Of a DNA stretch of 64,000 bases, positions 38,441-52,015 are shown piece by piece (within the stretch, counting starts at the first letter, position 1; each line of letters opens with the position of its first letter). The stretch spans positions 1,672,260-1,736,259 of the forward strand of contig OY969691.1 of assembly GCA_963701985.1 (NCBI GenBank), written 5' to 3'. The DNA comes from an uncultured Coriobacteriia bacterium (lineage in GTDB: Bacteria > Actinomycetota > Coriobacteriia > Anaerosomatales > PALSA-660). The translations under genes were made by a program, and so were the position numbers. The notes below the pieces were generated by a model. It ran no database searches. It had not been told where the DNA came from and saw only the letters and a list, made by a program, of their open reading frames with translations.

Positions 38441-40191
38441 ATGATCGCAGGAAGCATCTCGAAGATCACCGGCCCGGTCGTCGTCGCGTCCGGCATGACC
38501 GGGGCGAAGATGTACGACGTCGTGCGCGTCGGGAGCCAGGGCCTCATGGGCGAGGTCATCCGGCTCGAAGAAGACCAGGCGACGGTCCAGGTATACGAGG
38601 ACACCTCCGGCCTCATGGTCGGAGACCCCGTCGAGTCGACGGAAGCACCGCTCACGGTCGAGCTCGGCCCCGGCCTGCTGTCGTCTATCTACGACGGCGT
38701 GCAGCGGCCGCTGCCGGTCATCGCCGAGCAGAGCGGTGACTTCATCCAGCGCGGCACGGTCGCGTCGGCGCTCGACCGCAGAAGAAGTGGCCCTTCGTGG
38801 CGGTCGCCGCGGCGGGCGCGGATGTCGCGGGCGGAGACGTTCTCGGCACGGTGCAGGAGGGGCAGACCATCGTCCACCGGGTGATGGTCCCGCCGCGCCT
38901 CTTGGGCAAGCTGGCCTGGGTGGCGCCGTCCGGCGACTACACGATCGATGACGCGATCGCGAAGTTCGAGGACGGGACCGAGCTCAAGATGGCGCAGCGC
39001 TGGCCGGTCCGCGAGGGCCGCCCGTACACGCGCAAGCTCGACCCGACGACGCCGTTCACGACGGGGATGCGGATCCTCGACACGTTCTTCCCGATCGCCT
39101 TGGGCGGCAACGCCATCATCCCTGGCGGATTCGGCACCGGGAAGACGGTCACGCAGCAGTCGCTCGCCAAGTGGGCCGACGTCGACATCATCGTCTACGT
39201 GGGCTGCGGCGAGCGCGGCAACGAGATGACCGAGGTGCTCGCGGAGTTCCCGAAGCTCGAGGACCCGCGCACCGGCGCTCCGCTCATGGACCGGACGGTG
39301 CTCGTCGCCAACACCTCGAACATGCCGGTCGCCGCGCGCGAGGCATCCATCTACGTCGGCGCCACGCTTGCGGAGTACTACCGCGACATGGGCTACAACG
39401 TCGCCATGATGTCCGACTCCACGTCCCGCTGGGGCGAGGCGCTGCGCGAGGTCTCGGGCCGGCTCGAGGAGATGCCGGGCGAGGAAGGCTACCCGGCATA
39501 CCTGGCCACGCGGCTCGCCGCGTTCTACGAGCGCAGCGGCCGGTGTGAGTCGACCGGCGCCGAGAAGCGCGTCGGATCCGTGACGATGGTCGGCGCGGTC
39601 TCTCCGGCCGGCGGCGACATGTCGGAGCCGATGACGCAGAACTCCCTTCGCGTCACCGGAGCCTTCTGGGCCTTGGACACGTCGCTCGCGCATCGCCGTC
39701 ACTTCCCGGCGATCTCGTGGACGAAGAGCTACACGCTCTTCCTGGGTCAGGTCCGCTCCTGGTACGAGACCAACGTGGCGCCGGACTGGGTGTCGTTCCG
39801 CGACCGGGCCATGTTCATCCTGCAGAAGGAGACCGAGCTGCAAGAGATCGTGCAGCTGGTCGGCCCGGACGCCCTGCCGGAGTCGGAGAAGATCATCCTG
39901 GAGGTCGCGCGGATGTTGCGCGAGGACTTCCTGCAGCAGTTCGCGTTCGACGAGGTGGACGCCTACTGCCCGCCGCTGAAGGCGTATTGGATCCTTCGCA
40001 CGATCCTCGCGTTCTCGGACGCGGCCGTCGCGGCGCTGAACCGCGGCGTCTCGTTGCGCCAGATCCTCGAGCTTCCGATCCGCGACACGATCGCCGGGAT
40101 CAAGACGACGCCCCACGACGAGGCCATCACGTTCATGCAGACCTATGTCGGCACACTCGCCGAGGACATCGCTGGAATCGAGGTGCTCTGA
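38441..40191 (+). CDS. V/A-type ATPase catalytic subunit A (frameshift near 38780)
   Basis: PGGFGTGKT; GCGERGNEM; [14 protein letters not shown]; [13 protein letters not shown]. Confidence 0.96.
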
Positions 40192-40192
40192 C

Positions 40193-41629
40193 ATGACGCC
40201 GACCGCCGAGACAGCGGCTCCGCGCCGCTCGCTCCTGTCGACCGACTACCGGACGCTCGAGTACGTGACGGGCCCGCTGATCTTCGTGCACAACGTGCAC
40301 GGCGTCGCCTACAACGAGATGGTGTCGATCGAGCTACCCGACCGGAGCATCCGCACCGGGCAGGTGCTCGAGATCAGCGAGGACATCGCCGTCATCCAGG
40401 TCTTCGAGGGGACCCGCGGCATCGACGCGCACGTGACGTCGGTCCGCTTCCTCGAGGAAGTGGCGAAGGTCGAGGTCGCGCCGGAGCTGCTCGGACGCAT
40501 CCTCAACGGTACCGGCAAGCCGATCGACGGCGGCGCTCCGGTCATCCCGGAGAAGCGCCTCGACGTCACGGGCTCGCCGATCAATCCGTACCGGCGCGAC
40601 CAGCCGGCGGACTTCATCGAGACCGGTGTGTCGACCATCGACGGCCTGAACACGCTGGTCCGTGGTCAGAAGCTGCCGATCTTCTCCGGGTCGGGTCTTC
40701 CGGCCAACGAGCTGGCGGCGCAGATCATCCGCCAGTCGCGCGTCGCGTCGGGCGAGCAGTTCGCCATCGTGTTCGGCGCGATGGGCATCACCCATCGCGA
40801 GGCCGCGTACTTCACCCAGCAGTTCGAGGACACCGGCGCGCTCGAGCGAGTCGTCTTCTTCCTCAACCTGGCCGACGACCCGACGGTCGAGCGTCTGCTC
40901 ACGCCGAAGGTCGCGCTGACGGTGGCGGAGTATCTCGCGTTCGAGAAGGGCATGCAGGTCCTCGTCGTGCTCTCCGACATGACGAACTACTGCGAAGCGT
41001 TGCGCGAGGTCTCCACCGCGCGTGAAGAGGTGCCGGGCCGCCGCGGCTACCCCGGCTACATGTACACCGACCTTTCGACGATCTACGAGCGCGCGGGCCG
41101 CATCAAGGGCAACAAGGGCTCGGTCACGCAGCTCCCGATCCTGACGATGCCGGACGACGACATCACGCATCCGATCCCCGACCTCACCGGCTACATCACC
41201 GAGGGGCAGATCGTGCTCTCGCGCCAGCTGCACCGCCGCGGCGTCTACCCGCCGATCGACGTGCTGCCGTGCCTGAGCCGGTTGATGAACCTCGGTATCG
41301 GCGAGGGCAAGACGCGTGAGGACCACCGCGCGGTGGCGAACCAGCTCTACGCCGCCTACGCCCAGGGCCGCGATCTCCGCCGGCTGGTCGCCATCGTCGG
41401 TGAGGAAGCGCTCTCCGACACCGACCGCCGTTACCTGCGCTTCGCCGACGACTTCGAGAAGACGATCGTCGGGCAGGGCGAGGAGGGCCGTTCGATCATC
41501 GACACGCTCACCGTCTCGTGGGAGCTGCTCGCCGGTCTGCCGATGAGCGAGCTGAAGCGCGTGCGCGAGTTCATCCCGAAGTACCACCCCAACGCCGAGG
41601 CCGAGGCAGTGAAGGGCGGGGACCTGTAA
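40193..41629 (+). CDS. V/A-type ATPase subunit B
   Basis: [14 protein letters not shown]; [17 protein letters not shown]; [14 protein letters not shown]. Confidence 0.97.
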   Translation: MTPTAETAAPRRSLLSTDYRTLEYVTGPLIFVHNVHGVAYNEMVSIELPDRSIRTGQVLEISEDIAVIQVFEGTRGIDAHVTSVRFLEEVAKVEVAPELLGRILNGTGKPIDGGAPVIPEKRLDVTGSPINPYRRDQPADFIETGVSTIDGLNTLVRGQKLPIFSGSGLPANELAAQIIRQSRVASGEQFAIVFGAMGITHREAAYFTQQFEDTGALERVVFFLNLADDPTVERLLTPKVALTVAEYLAFEKGMQVLVVLSDMTNYCEALREVSTAREEVPGRRGYPGYMYTDLSTIYERAGRIKGNKGSVTQLPILTMPDDDITHPIPDLTGYITEGQIVLSRQLHRRGVYPPIDVLPCLSRLMNLGIGEGKTREDHRAVANQLYAAYAQGRDLRRLVAIVGEEALSDTDRRYLRFADDFEKTIVGQGEEGRSIIDTLTVSWELLAGLPMSELKRVREFIPKYHPNAEAEAVKGGDL

Positions 41630-41632
41630 GCC

Positions 41633-42283
41633 GTGGAAGAGGTACGCCCCACCAGGTCCGAGCTTCTCGATCGGCGAGGCCAGATCCAGCTCGCCGAGCA
41701 GGGCATGGACCTGCTCAAGCAGAAGCGCGACGCGCTGCTGATCGAGTTCATGTCGGTCATGGACGAGACGCTCCGCCTCTCGAGCAACCTGCAGAAGGCG
41801 GTCTCCGAAGCGCAGTATTCGATCACGGTCGCGAAGTCGGTCGACGGCAACGTCTCGGTGCGTTCCGCGGCGATGGCCACCAAGGGCGAGGTCGCGGTGG
41901 ACATGACCGGTACCAAGATCATGGGCGTGTCCGTCCCGGTGGTCACCAAGGGCGAGAGTCCGGTCCGCAGTTCGTTCACGCGTGGGTACTCGATCACCGG
42001 CGTCTCGAGCCGCATCGATGAGACGGCCGACCGTTTCGAACGGATCCTCGATGTCATCATCGAATACGCCGACATCGAGACGCGGCTCAAGCGCCTCGGC
42101 GAGGAGATCCAGAAGACGAACCGGCGCGTCAACGCTTTGGAGCAGATCACCGTGCCGGCCCTGAGGGAACAGGTAGCCTACATCCGGATGACCCTCGATG
42201 AGCGCGCCCGCGAGGACCTCTTCCGGCTCAAGAAGGTCAAGAAGAAGCTCGAGCGCAAGAAGGCGGCGCAGGGAGTGGCCTGA
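41633..42283 (+). CDS. V/A-type ATPase subunit D
   Basis: PTRSEL; LLKQKRDAL; KTNRRVNALE; LDERAREDLFRLK. Confidence 0.95.
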   Translation: MEEVRPTRSELLDRRGQIQLAEQGMDLLKQKRDALLIEFMSVMDETLRLSSNLQKAVSEAQYSITVAKSVDGNVSVRSAAMATKGEVAVDMTGTKIMGVSVPVVTKGESPVRSSFTRGYSITGVSSRIDETADRFERILDVIIEYADIETRLKRLGEEIQKTNRRVNALEQITVPALREQVAYIRMTLDERAREDLFRLKKVKKKLERKKAAQGVA

Positions 42284-42448
42284 CGGCTCCTCCCGACGCG
42301 CGGAGCACACGCGCTCGGTACCTGTTGAGGCGGTTCACCATCCGGGGGTGGTGGGCCGCCTCATGCGTGTGCGGGAGAACAGAGCGGCACCCGCGCCGGA
42401 CATGGTCCGACGCGGGTGCAGGGCCGAGCGCGGCGGCAGGGTACCGCT

Positions 42449-42797
42449 TCAGCCCTTGGCAACGATGATCGCGTGGGCGTCCTGGAGTATGTCCACGCTG
42501 TTGCGCGAGTGGTGTGCGAACTCTCGCGCGAGGTTGAGGATGCGGCGGACGTCGGTCACGCCGAGCATGCTGAAGTGCAGCTCGTCCCACTCGGCGTGCG
42601 CGATGTAGGCCCACAGCTCGCCGAACATGAAGCCGACGGCCTCGATCTCGGCGTCGGTGAACTTCGCCCAGTCGCCTTTGATGCCCTGACGCACGCGCTC
42701 CATGGCGCGCTCGACCGCGCGCGCCTTGCGCATCTGGAACGTACGCATCCCGATCTCTTCGTCGCTCACGTCCGGGATGCTGGTTGTTCATGCCCAT
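42449..42797 (-). CDS. Hypothetical helical protein; start 42769, or 42797 if there is a frameshift
   Basis: 106-aa ORF with protein-like composition; AAGGAG/GAGG RBS-like motifs upstream of the ATG at 42797. Confidence 0.65.
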
Positions 42798-42959
42798 CGG
42801 CTACCTCACGCTCCTTCCCCTCGTCGCTTGTTCGACACGCGTTGTCCGATTCCTGCTGCTCGTGCGCTCGATCCATCGCCCACTCAACTAGAATGGAGCA
42901 CGCGCCCCGCGCACGGAAGGCCCGGTTCCCACGCCCGCACGATGGAGGTCCCGCACATC

Positions 42960-43478
42960 ATGGAGTTCGCAGAGGTCGCGGCAGCCCGCCGCAGCGTTCG
43001 CCACTTCAACACGAAGCGCACGGTCGCCGACGAGGACCTGCGCGCGCTGATCGCCGCGGCGACCTCGGCGCCGTCGCGCGGGCAACATCCAGCCGTGGAG
43101 GTTCGTGCGTCCTGCGCTCGAACGCCGCGCGCGAACGGCTCGGCGCGGCGATCGGGCAACGATGGGCGACCGCGGCGCCCGTGGTCATCGTGGCGTGCAT
43201 CGACCCGCGGCCGTGCGCGGCGCGATACGGCGACCGCGGCGAGCACCTCTACGCGATCCAGGACATCGGCCGCGGCCGTGCAGACGCTGCTGCTGGCTGC
43301 CGTCGACCGCGGGCTGGCGTCGTGCTGGGTGGGCGCGTTCGACGAGAACGCCGTTCGCGACGCCATCGGCGTGCCGCGTCCGATAACGCCCATCGCGGTC
43401 CTGCCGCTCGGCTACTCGGCGGAGGCGGCCGCGAAGCCTCTCAGACGGCCGATCGAGGAGGTCACCACGTGGCTGTAG
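42960..43478 (+). CDS. Nitroreductase family protein (frameshifted)
   Basis: RRSVRHF; APS-GNIQPW; LLAAVDRGLASCWVGAFD; LPLGY. Confidence 0.88.
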   Translation: MEFAEVAAARRSVRHFNTKRTVADEDLRALIAAATSAPSRGQHPAVEVRASCARTPRANGSARRSGNDGRPRRPWSSWRASTRGRARRDTATAASTSTRSRTSAAAVQTLLLAAVDRGLASCWVGAFDENAVRDAIGVPRPITPIAVLPLGYSAEAAAKPLRRPIEEVTTWL

Positions 43479-44141
43479 ACGGGCGAGAGTTCGAGTCGCT
43501 CGAGGAGTTGCGGCAGTACATCGACCGAGTGCCGCAGGTGCCTGCTCGGATCGTCGTGCACGCACCTCGTCTTCGGCGTCGGCGACCCTCACGCCGATCT
43601 GATGTTCATCGGTGAGGCCCCGGGGAAGCAGGAGGACCAGCTCGGCGAGCCGTTCGTCGGTGCTGCCGGCAGGCTTCTGGACGAGCTGTTGCGCACGATC
43701 GGCCTCGGCCGCGGCGAGGTCTACATCGCGAACGTGCTCAAGTGCCGGCCGCCCGGCAACCGCGACCCTCTGCCCGAGGAGATCGCGGAATGCGCGCCGT
43801 TCCTCACCGAGCAGATCCGCCTCATCGACCCGAAGGTCATCGCCACGCTGGGGAACTTCGCCACGCGGTTCATCTTGCACACGGACCGGGGGATCACGTC
43901 CCTGCGGGGAAAGCTCTACCGCGTGGACGGGCGCCGGGTCGTGCCGATCTTCCACCCGGCCGCGGCGCTGCGCACGCCGGCGAAGCGGCAGGTGCTCGAG
44001 GAGGACTTCCGCAGGCTGCGAGCGGTCATCGACCGGGTCGCCGCGGGCGAGGACGACGCGGCGAGCGTCGAGGACCTGGGGGCGGACGGCCGAGGCGAGG
44101 CCGCGGGCGGAGCTCCGGACCCGCAGCTCCCGCTCTTCTAG
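43469..44141 (+). CDS. Uracil-DNA glycosylase family 4 (Fe-S), frameshifted
   Basis: FIGEAPG; PFVGAAG; NVLKCRPPGNRDP; FHPAAALR. Confidence 0.92.
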
Positions 44142-44154
44142 CCGGAGGGAGCCC

Positions 44155-44635
44155 ATGAAGCCGGACACCATCGTGACCGACGGCGTCGAGGGCACTCGTG
44201 CCGTCGGCCGCCTGCTCGGCACGCTCGTCGGCCCCGGCGACGTGGTCGCCCTCTCGGGGGGCCTCGGCGCCGGCAAGACATCCCTGGTGCAGGGGCTGGC
44301 CGAGCAGCTCGGCGTGCGGGGCGTCGTCTCCAGCCCGACCTTCAACCTGCTGCTCGTGCACTCGGGGCCGCTCACCCTGTACCACTTCGACCTGTACCGG
44401 CTGGAGAGGCCCGAGCGAGCTCGAGGACATCGACTTCTACGCGACGCTCGAGGCCGGCGGGGTCTGCGCCATCGAATGGGCGGACCGCTTCCCGGCGGAA
44501 CTGCCACCCGACCGCCTCGACGTGTGCATCGAGGTGCTCGACGAGCGGCGGCGCGCTCTCCACGTGAGCGGAACGGGCGAGCGTTCACACCTCCTCGCGA
44601 GCGAGTGGCTCGCCGGCCGGCTGGAGGAGAGCTAG
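44155..44635 (+). CDS. tsaE: t6A biosynthesis ATPase TsaE (frameshifted)
   Basis: GGLGAGKT; SSPTF; HFDLYRL; IEWADR. Confidence 0.93.
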
Positions 44636-45419
44636 GTGCCTCTCATGCTGGCGCTCGACACGGCGACCGAAGAGGTCGCGGTCGGACTCGGCCTGGTGGA
44701 CGACGACGTCGCCGTGCTCGGCGAGATCGATCTCGACGTCCCGACGGGCGTCGCTGACGCACCTGATGCCGGCCGTCGTCCGGCTGCTCGAATCGGCGGG
44801 ACGCTCGATCGCCGACGTCGAAGCCGTCGTCGTCGGGCGCGGGCCAGGGTCGTTCACCGGCGTGCGCATCGGCGTCGCGGCGGCGAAGGGCATGGCTCAA
44901 GGACTCGGCGTGCCGCTGTATGGGGTCGGCACGCTCGACGCCGTCGCCGAGCGCTTCTCCGGCGGGAGGGCCTGCGTGGGCGTGGTCGGCGACGCGATGC
45001 GCCGCGAGGTCTATCCGGCACTGTTCCGCTGCGCCGCCGGCGGCATCGAGCGTCTGACGCCCGACGAGGTGTCGACCCCGGCCGCGACGCGCGGCCGCGT
45101 GGGCGCGACCATCGAGGAGCCGGTGCTGCTGCCGGCAACGGACTGCGAAAGTACGGCGCCTTCCTCTCGGAAGCGCTGGACGGCATGCGCGACGCTCGCG
45201 CCCGAGGCGCTGTGGACGCCCGACCGGCGGCTCGCTGCTGCTCGCCGCGTGGCGGGCGCGGACGGCCGGCAGGCTCGGGAACGGGGACGCCGGCGCGCTG
45301 CTGCCCGTCTACACGCGCCTGTCCGACGCCGAGGAAGCCGAGCGTCGACGGGCCGGCGGCACGGCCTCGGCCTCGGCAACGGCGTCGCCGGACCGTGCGC
45401 CGCGCCGGAGTCGCGATGA
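44636..45419 (+). CDS. tsaB: t6A biosynthesis protein TsaB (frameshifted)
   Basis: LALDTAT; GPGSFTGVRIG; DAMRREVY; PVYTRLSDAE. Confidence 0.9.
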
Positions 45420-46994
45420 GCGCGCGCATCCGGCCGATGGAGGAGGTCGACCTCGACCGCGTCGTCGGCGATCGAGCGCGCCAGCTTCGCGTTCGCCATG
45501 GAGCCACGGCATGTTCCTGGACGAGCTGCTGCAAGGAGCCAGCCGCGTACTGGGTCGTCGCCGACACCGCCGTGGGGGCTCGTCGGCTATGCGGGGCTCA
45601 TGGCAGACCGGCTCCGAGGGCCACGTGATGAATCTCGCCGTGCGGGCGGACGCGCGCGGCCGGGGCATCGGCTCCGCGCTGCTCGTCGGCGCTCGTGGCG
45701 CAGGCGGCGGCCGGCGTGGCATCAGGCGTCTGACGCTGGAGGTCCGGCCGCAGCAACGATGCCGCGCTCGCGCTGTACGCGAAGCCGGCTTCAGCGACGT
45801 GGGGCGACGGCCCGGCTACTACGCCGACACCGGCGAGGACGCGCGTGATCATGTGGACGGGCGACCTGCGCGTCCCGAGATGGAGCGGGCCGCGCGCCGT
45901 CTCGCGGAACGAGGCGACCGCGGCGCTGCGCGATTTCCGGATCGACGCGCGCCGGTTCGATGCCCGGTCCGCAGCCGCGACCTCATCCTGGCGATCGAGA
46001 CCTCGTGCGACGAGACCGCGGCGGCGGTCGCTGCGTGACGGGCAAGGACCTGCTCTCGAGCGTCGTCGCGAGCCAGGTGGACTTCCACGCGCGCTTCGGC
46101 GGCGTGGTGCCGGAGATCGCGTCGCGCAAGCACACCGAGGCGATCGTCGGCGTGGTCGAGGAGGCGCTCGAGCGCGCGGGCGTCGCGCTCGCGCGACCTC
46201 ACCGCGCTCGCGGTCACCCAGGGGCCCGGGCTCGTCGGCGCGCTCGTCGTCGGCGTGTCGCTACGCGAAGGGCCTGGCGCTGGCGACCGGCTGCCGCTCG
46301 TGGGCGTGAACCATCTCGAAGGGCACATGTTCGCGAACGTGCTCGCCGACCCGACGCGTCGGGCCGCCGCTCGTGGCGCTCGTCGTCTCCGGCGGCCACA
46401 CGTCGCTCGTGCACGTCCCGGCGTGGGGCGAGTACCACACGCTCGGCTCGACGCTCGACGACGCGGCGGGCGAGGCGTTCGACAAGGTGGCGAAGGCGCT
46501 CGGCCTCGGCTATCCCGGCGGCCCGGTGATCTCGCGGCTCGCCGCGGAAGGCGATCCGACGGCGATCCCGTTCCCGCGCGCGATGCTGCACACCGGCGGC
46601 TCGACTTCTCGCTCTCCGGGCTCAAGACGGCGGTCGTCACCTACATCGACGCGCGAGCGTCGCGCGGGCCGCGAGCGTGCTGGCCGCGACGTCGCCGCGT
46701 CGTTCCAGGCAGCCGTCATCGACGTGCAGGTCGCCAAGGCGGTGCGCGCGGTCGAGGAGTGCGGCGTGCGAACGTTCGTCATCGGCGGGGGCGTGGCGGC
46801 GAACCCGGTGCTGCGGCGGGCGCTGCGCCGCGGCGATGGAGGCGCGCGGCGTGTACGTCTCAGCGTGCCGCCGCTCGCACCTGTGCACCGACAACGCGGC
46901 GATGATCGCCGCCGCCGGCGCACTTCCGGCTCGTGGCGCGGCGAGACGCTCGGTGCCGAGCGCGGAGGCGGTCGCCGACCTGCGCCTCGACTGA
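45416..46994 (+). CDS. tsaD: RimI-like acetyltransferase apparently fused to TsaD (frameshifted)
   Basis: RimI: HVMNLAV...RGRGIG, TLEVR, RPGYY...EDA. TsaD: [53 protein letters not shown]. Confidence 0.88.
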
Positions 46995-47052
46995 GGCGCC
47001 GCGCCGCGGCTGCGTCCTCGCCGCGGCACTCGTCGAGGGCGGCGGACGAACA

Positions 47053-47073
47053 TCTGAGTGTCACGCACTCATA
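47053..47073. promoter_or_regulatory. HspR operator (HAIR)-like site
   Basis: TCTGAGT-N7-ACTCATA versus consensus CTTGAGT-N7-ACTCAAG, upstream of groES. Confidence 0.65.
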
Positions 47074-47088
47074 TCCGTGTCACGGGTC

Positions 47089-47118
47089 TTGCGCGGCGTC
47101 GAGCGGTACCGGTATCAT
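47089..47118 (+). promoter_or_regulatory. Putative groESL promoter
   Basis: TTGCGC-N18-TATCAT between the HAIR-like site and CIRCE. Confidence 0.55.
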
Positions 47119-47129
47119 CGCCACGGGCG

Positions 47130-47156
47130 CTGGCACTCGACGGCTGCGAGTGCTAG
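47130..47156. promoter_or_regulatory. CIRCE (HrcA operator)
   Basis: CTGGCACTC-N9-GAGTGCTAG, plus an overlapping half-site CTAGCACTC. Confidence 0.88.
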
Positions 47157-47262
47157 CACTCGTGGTCACGCGGGTACAAGCGGCATGACATCCGGAGACG
47201 GCGCTGCCGTCTCCGTGTGCGTCCGACAGGTGACGGCAGCGACGAGTGATGGAGGGTAGAGC

Positions 47263-47550
47263 ATGAATCTGAAGCCACTGGGCGAGAGCGTCGTCGTCAA
47301 GCAGGCCGAGGCCGAGGAGCAGACGAAGTCGGGTCTGATCATCCCCGACACCGCGCAGGAGAAGCCGCAGAGGGCACCGTCATCGCCGTCGGCGAGGGCA
47401 AGTTCGAGGACGACGGGACGCGCGTGCCGGTCGACGTCAAGGTCGGCGACACCGTCATCTACAGCAAGTACGGCGGGACCGACGTCAAGATCGACGAGGT
47501 CGAGTACAAGATCCTGCGCGCCGAGCGACATCTACGCGGTCGTCGAGTAG
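47263..47550 (+). CDS. groES: Co-chaperonin GroES (frameshifted)
   Basis: MNLKPLG; [16 protein letters not shown]; SKYGGT. Confidence 0.96.
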   Translation: MNLKPLGESVVVKQAEAEEQTKSGLIIPDTAQEKPQRAPSSPSARASSRTTGRACRSTSRSATPSSTASTAGPTSRSTRSSTRSCAPSDIYAVVE

Positions 47551-47554
47551 CTAG

Positions 47555-49254
<1,700 letters not shown>

Positions 49255-49279
49255 CCGCTCTCTCCGAGCGCGGACTTCG

Positions 49280-49313
49280 GCACGGGCCCCGGAGGAGACT
49301 CCGGGGCCCGTGC
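49280..49313 (+). terminator. Hairpin after groEL
   Basis: GCACGGGCCCCGGAG-GAGA-CTCCGGGGCCCGTGC perfect 15-bp stem. Confidence 0.7.
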
Positions 49314-49389
49314 ACGTGTAGACTGGCGTGTCGAGGAAGGCCCGGTCCGGCCGAGCCGCCGGCCGGATGTCTCCGCGAGGAGAGGGCGT

Positions 49390-50598
49390 TTGCGCATCCT
49401 CATGGTCACGAACACGTACGCTCCAGCCCGCAACGGCGTCGCGGGCTGGGTGTCGATGTCCGTGCGTGAGCTGCGCGAGGCCGGACACGAGGTCGACGTG
49501 CTCACTTACGCGCACGAGCGGCGCGAACCCGGCCTCGCCGGCGTGATCGAGGTGCCGGCCTGGGCGGGCCTGGACCGAGACTTCCGGGTCGCGCCCGTGC
49601 TGTCTGGGCTGCCGCGCGCGGCGACCGAGCGGGCGTACGACGTCGTTCACGTCCACCACCCGATCCTGCTCGGGAAGGCAGGCGCAGAGCTGGGCGAGCG
49701 GACGGGCGCCGCGGTCGCGTTCACGTGCCACAGTGTCTACACGGACTACCTCGAGGAGTACTACTGGGGTGTCGGCCGCGTGCTCGAGCCGCGCGTCCGC
49801 CGGATGTGCGCCGCCTTCGCCGACGGATGCGACGTCGTCTTCGCCCCGTCGGCGCGGGCCGCCTCATGGGTGCGCGACTGCGGCGCGACGTGCCGGATCG
49901 AGCGCGTGGACCCGCCCGCGGACACCGTTCGGATACGGTCCATGCCGCGCGACCGCGCGCGATCCGCGCTCGGTCTGGCCGTCGATCGCCCGTTGGCGTT
50001 CTACGTGGGCCGCGTGGCGGACGAGAAGCGGGTGGGCGACCTGGTCCGCGAGTTCGAGCGCACCCTTGTCGAGGTGCCGGACGCGCTGCTCGCCATCGGC
50101 GGCACGGGTCGGCGCGTGCCCGCGATCGCGCGCTACATCCGCAGGCGAGGTCTCGGCGATAGCGTCCGGCTGCTGGGCCCGCTCGACGGCGACCAGCTCG
50201 GCGCCTGGTACTCCGCCGCCGACACCGCCGTGAGCGCGTCACGCCGGGAGGCGGGGCCTCTCGTCGTCGTCGAGGCGATGGCGTGCGCGTGCCCCGTCGT
50301 CGCTCTGCGCGCGCCGGGGTTCGTCGACCGCCTCGTGGACGAGGTGAACGGGTTGCTGGTGGACGACGTCGAGGGCGCGATCGGTGACGGCATCGCCCGC
50401 ATACTGCTCGACCCGGAGCTGCGGCAGCGACTCGCGGACGGCGCACGCGAGCGTGCTCCGCTCTACACTCCGCGCGCGGTGACCGACCGGCAGACGCGGG
50501 TCTACGAAGAGATCCGCGCCCTCGCCGATGCTCGGCGCCTGAGGCCGGCGTCCGCGCCGACGCACCGCGCGGCCGCGCATCTCGGGGAGGAAGCCTGA
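49390..50598 (+). CDS. Glycosyltransferase family 4
   Basis: MRILMVTNTY..NGV; VHVHHP; YVGRVADEK; EAGPLVVVEAMACACPVV. Confidence 0.88.
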   Translation: MRILMVTNTYAPARNGVAGWVSMSVRELREAGHEVDVLTYAHERREPGLAGVIEVPAWAGLDRDFRVAPVLSGLPRAATERAYDVVHVHHPILLGKAGAELGERTGAAVAFTCHSVYTDYLEEYYWGVGRVLEPRVRRMCAAFADGCDVVFAPSARAASWVRDCGATCRIERVDPPADTVRIRSMPRDRARSALGLAVDRPLAFYVGRVADEKRVGDLVREFERTLVEVPDALLAIGGTGRRVPAIARYIRRRGLGDSVRLLGPLDGDQLGAWYSAADTAVSASRREAGPLVVVEAMACACPVVALRAPGFVDRLVDEVNGLLVDDVEGAIGDGIARILLDPELRQRLADGARERAPLYTPRAVTDRQTRVYEEIRALADARRLRPASAPTHRAAAHLGEEA

Positions 50599-50599
50599 C

Positions 50600-51665
<1,066 letters not shown>

Positions 51666-51771
51666 CGCCGGGGGAACAGTCCATCGGCGACGGACGGGCC
51701 CCGCGCGCCCGCCGGAGCGCCCCGGCGTATGCGTCGGGCGGGTCGCGAACGGTACGGTCTTCCGCGGCTCG

Positions 51772-51801
51772 TTGACCCCTCACGTAGCGGCGCGATACCC
51801 T
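51772..51801 (+). promoter_or_regulatory. Putative promoter of the IMPDH-guaA operon
   Basis: TTGACC-N18-TACCCT about 215 nt upstream of the ATG. Confidence 0.5.
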
Positions 51802-51860
51802 GTACGCACACCGCAGGCATCCTCGGCGGTTCACGTCCACAGCATTCATCGCAGCATTGA

Positions 51861-51981
51861 GAGACCAGGCGCACGACCGGCCCCGCGGTAACGCGCGAAG
51901 CACGGGAACGCACCTGGTCTTGCCGTATATCCGAGGTGGCCGGAGTGGTCGTGGACGCAGACGCGGGCGGTTCGGCCGCCC
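51861..51981 (+). ncRNA. Candidate pseudoknotted cis-regulatory leader RNA
   Basis: AGACCAGG/CCTGGTCT stem; loop CACGACC complementary to downstream GGTCGTG; CGCG-GTAA-CGCG hairpin; GGGCGG/CCGCCC hairpin. Confidence 0.45.
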
Positions 51982-52015
51982 TAACGGAGACGAGTGTCGA
52001 GGAGGACGCGTCTTC

